A DNA stretch of 64,000 nt from an uncultured Alphaproteobacteria bacterium. GTDB lineage: Bacteria; Pseudomonadota; Alphaproteobacteria; HIMB59; GCA-002718135. The notes beneath the pieces were generated by a model. It was given only the letters and a program-made list of their open reading frames with translations, was not told where the DNA came from and made no database searches. Location: assembly GCA_902541435.1 (NCBI GenBank), contig CACBQR010000001.1:58240-122239 (forward strand), read 5' to 3'. The position numbers and the translations under genes are program-made. This document shows positions 63,732 to 64,000 of this stretch, in pieces; position 1 is the stretch's first letter, and every line of letters begins with the position of its first letter.

Positions 63732-64000
63732 GTGATATTTTTAAGAAATTTTTTTATAATTTTAATATTTGTCTTTCTTTCTTTTAATTTTTTATTCGAT
63801 TTCACATATATAAATAAACAAATTAACAATAATCTAAATCAGTTTGTTTATAAATACATTTTATTTCATAAAAATACGACAAATTTAAAAACTCAAATAA
63901 AAGATCTCAAAAAAGAACGTAATCAATTCAGAGCACAAAAAGAATTATTTGAAGAAGCATATAAAGATTTATATGATGATAGTTTTGAAACTGAATATAA
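63732..64000 (+). CDS. Possible 5' part of a membrane-anchored coiled-coil protein running off the window
   Basis: Open frame from the GTG at 63732 to the window end (VIFLRNFFIILIFVFLSF...KDLKKERNQFRAQKELFEE). No stop codon is seen. Confidence 0.3.
   Translation, partial: MIFLRNFFIILIFVFLSFNFLFDFTYINKQINNNLNQFVYKYILFHKNTTNLKTQIKDLKKERNQFRAQKELFEEAYKDLYDDSFETEY

Noticed and set aside
1-64000. CRISPR arrays, rRNA genes, IS elements or transposases
   Set aside because: I saw no regularly spaced direct repeats with unique spacers, no rRNA-like GC-rich conserved blocks, and no transposase-like ORFs or terminal inverted repeats.

Overview
Very AT-rich bacterial chromosome segment (about 30% GC by eye, not computed), densely packed with short intergenic spacers. 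The gene content looks alphaproteobacterial and resembles streamlined marine SAR11/Pelagibacterales genomes; this is inference, no search was possible.

Layout:
- 1-11.3 kb: a GH127-like glycosidase truncated at its 5' end by the window edge, a DapA-family aldolase, and a YqhA-like membrane protein. Next comes a cAMP/ion-channel cluster of two class III cyclases, a cNMP-domain MscS channel and a 6-TM K+ channel, followed by a redoxin and an MlrC/M81-like peptidase.
- 11.3 to about 34.5 kb: content turns accessory. It starts with a tyrosine integrase, a CobB-like sirtuin, a terminase-small-subunit-like HTH protein, and two paralogous MORN-variant (YwqK-like) proteins flanking two unknown genes.
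- Within that region lies the most unusual block, all on the minus strand. It holds an ECF sigma/anti-sigma pair, a terminator-flanked gene for an exported 3 x 18-aa tandem-repeat peptide, and three exported proteases (trypsin-like S1, Sel1-caspase C14, TPR/Sel1-CHAT). A 60-aa two-TM protein follows, and its 76-nt leader is nearly identical to that of the peptide gene.
- After that come an 1803-aa DUF4011/SF1 helicase with a Vsr-like nuclease domain (Hhe-like) and several operons of unknown small membrane or secreted proteins.
- 34.5-49.7 kb: three paralogous MFS transporters, a rhodanese, eleven small alpha+beta proteins (ABM, SnoaL/NTF2, GYD, DUF1330 and others), a GMC oxidoreductase, an EamA transporter, an AlkB-like di-iron enzyme, a BacNaV-like channel with an atypical filter, and a bactofilin.
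- 49.7-54.5 kb: ureDABCEFG, directly abutting tRNA-Arg(CCT).
- 54.6-64 kb: a sugar-type ABC uptake operon with an FGGY kinase, an ATM1-type ABC exporter, a YghZ-like aldo-keto reductase, and a 2-hydroxyacid dehydrogenase.

No rRNA, CRISPR array, transposase or phage structural genes were recognised.
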